The notes beneath the pieces were generated by a model, which did no database searches, was not told the DNA's origin, and was given only the letters and a program-made list of their open reading frames with translations. DNA of 64,000 nucleotides from Anaeramoeba ignava BMAN (Eukaryota; Protista; Anaeramoebae): the NCBI GenBank assembly GCA_028826165.1, contig JAPDFW010000098.1, forward strand, positions 175,173-239,172, in the 5' to 3' direction. A program made the translations under genes and the position numbers. The stretch's first letter is position 1. Every line of letters starts with the position of its first letter. Of this stretch, positions 63,877 through 64,000 are shown piece after piece.

Positions 63877-64000
63877 ATGAATGATTGTTTATTTTTTGGT
63901 TTAAATAATTATCCAAAACTTTTCAAAAATGAACCAAATAAAATAATAAAACCAATTCAATTTAAATTTGAAAATGAAAATGAAAATGAAAAACAAATTA
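63877..64000 (+). CDS. RCC1-BTB protein, paralog 7 (5' end only; runs off the window)
   Basis: MNDCLFFGLNNYPKLFKNEPNKIIKPIQF. Confidence 0.85.
   Translation, partial: MNDCLFFGLNNYPKLFKNEPNKIIKPIQFKFENENENEKQI

Noticed and set aside
44016-64000. Diversity-generating retroelement driving the RCC1-BTB variation
   Set aside because: No reverse transcriptase or template repeat is present in the window. Variation is spread over all blades and is not visibly adenine-restricted.
1-64000. tRNA, rRNA and transposase or RT genes
   Set aside because: No recognisable examples were seen by eye. Small structured RNAs cannot be excluded without a covariance-model search.

Overview
Extremely AT-rich eukaryotic nuclear DNA in the standard genetic code. 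The gene content and style resemble an anaerobic metamonad such as Anaeramoeba; this is inferred from iron-sulfur flavoproteins, expanded RCC1-BTB and BTB-TLDc families and NQ/NE hexamer repeats, and is not verified. The left ~42 kb holds compact, mostly intron-containing genes: a PH-like repeat protein, a Rab11-like GTPase, an OB-fold protein, ES1/GATD3, a GPR107-like protein, an unknown protein, a TOM1/THH1-like 7TM protein, a Tweety-like protein, a bacterial-type DUF7948 protein, DBP4, two Isf paralogs, a cyclin, an SLC45/SUC transporter and Trf4/TENT4. Their large GT-AG introns are filled with microsatellites. The right ~22 kb has no obvious introns and holds a tandem RCC1-propeller/BTB-BTB array, two BTB-TLDc genes and Rac1. 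Main findings: (1) the RCC1-BTB array has a near-invariant scaffold, hypervariable loop residues and segmental mosaicism, suggesting an antibody-like repertoire of Cullin-3 substrate receptors; (2) several different intergenic satellites converge on ~143-146 bp or ~164-168 bp units; (3) synonymous sites switch abruptly from A to T in the middle of Rac1; (4) two unrelated genes are each bracketed by ~75-80 bp direct repeats. Several frameshifts fall in homopolymers and are probably assembly errors. All gene models and counts were done by eye.
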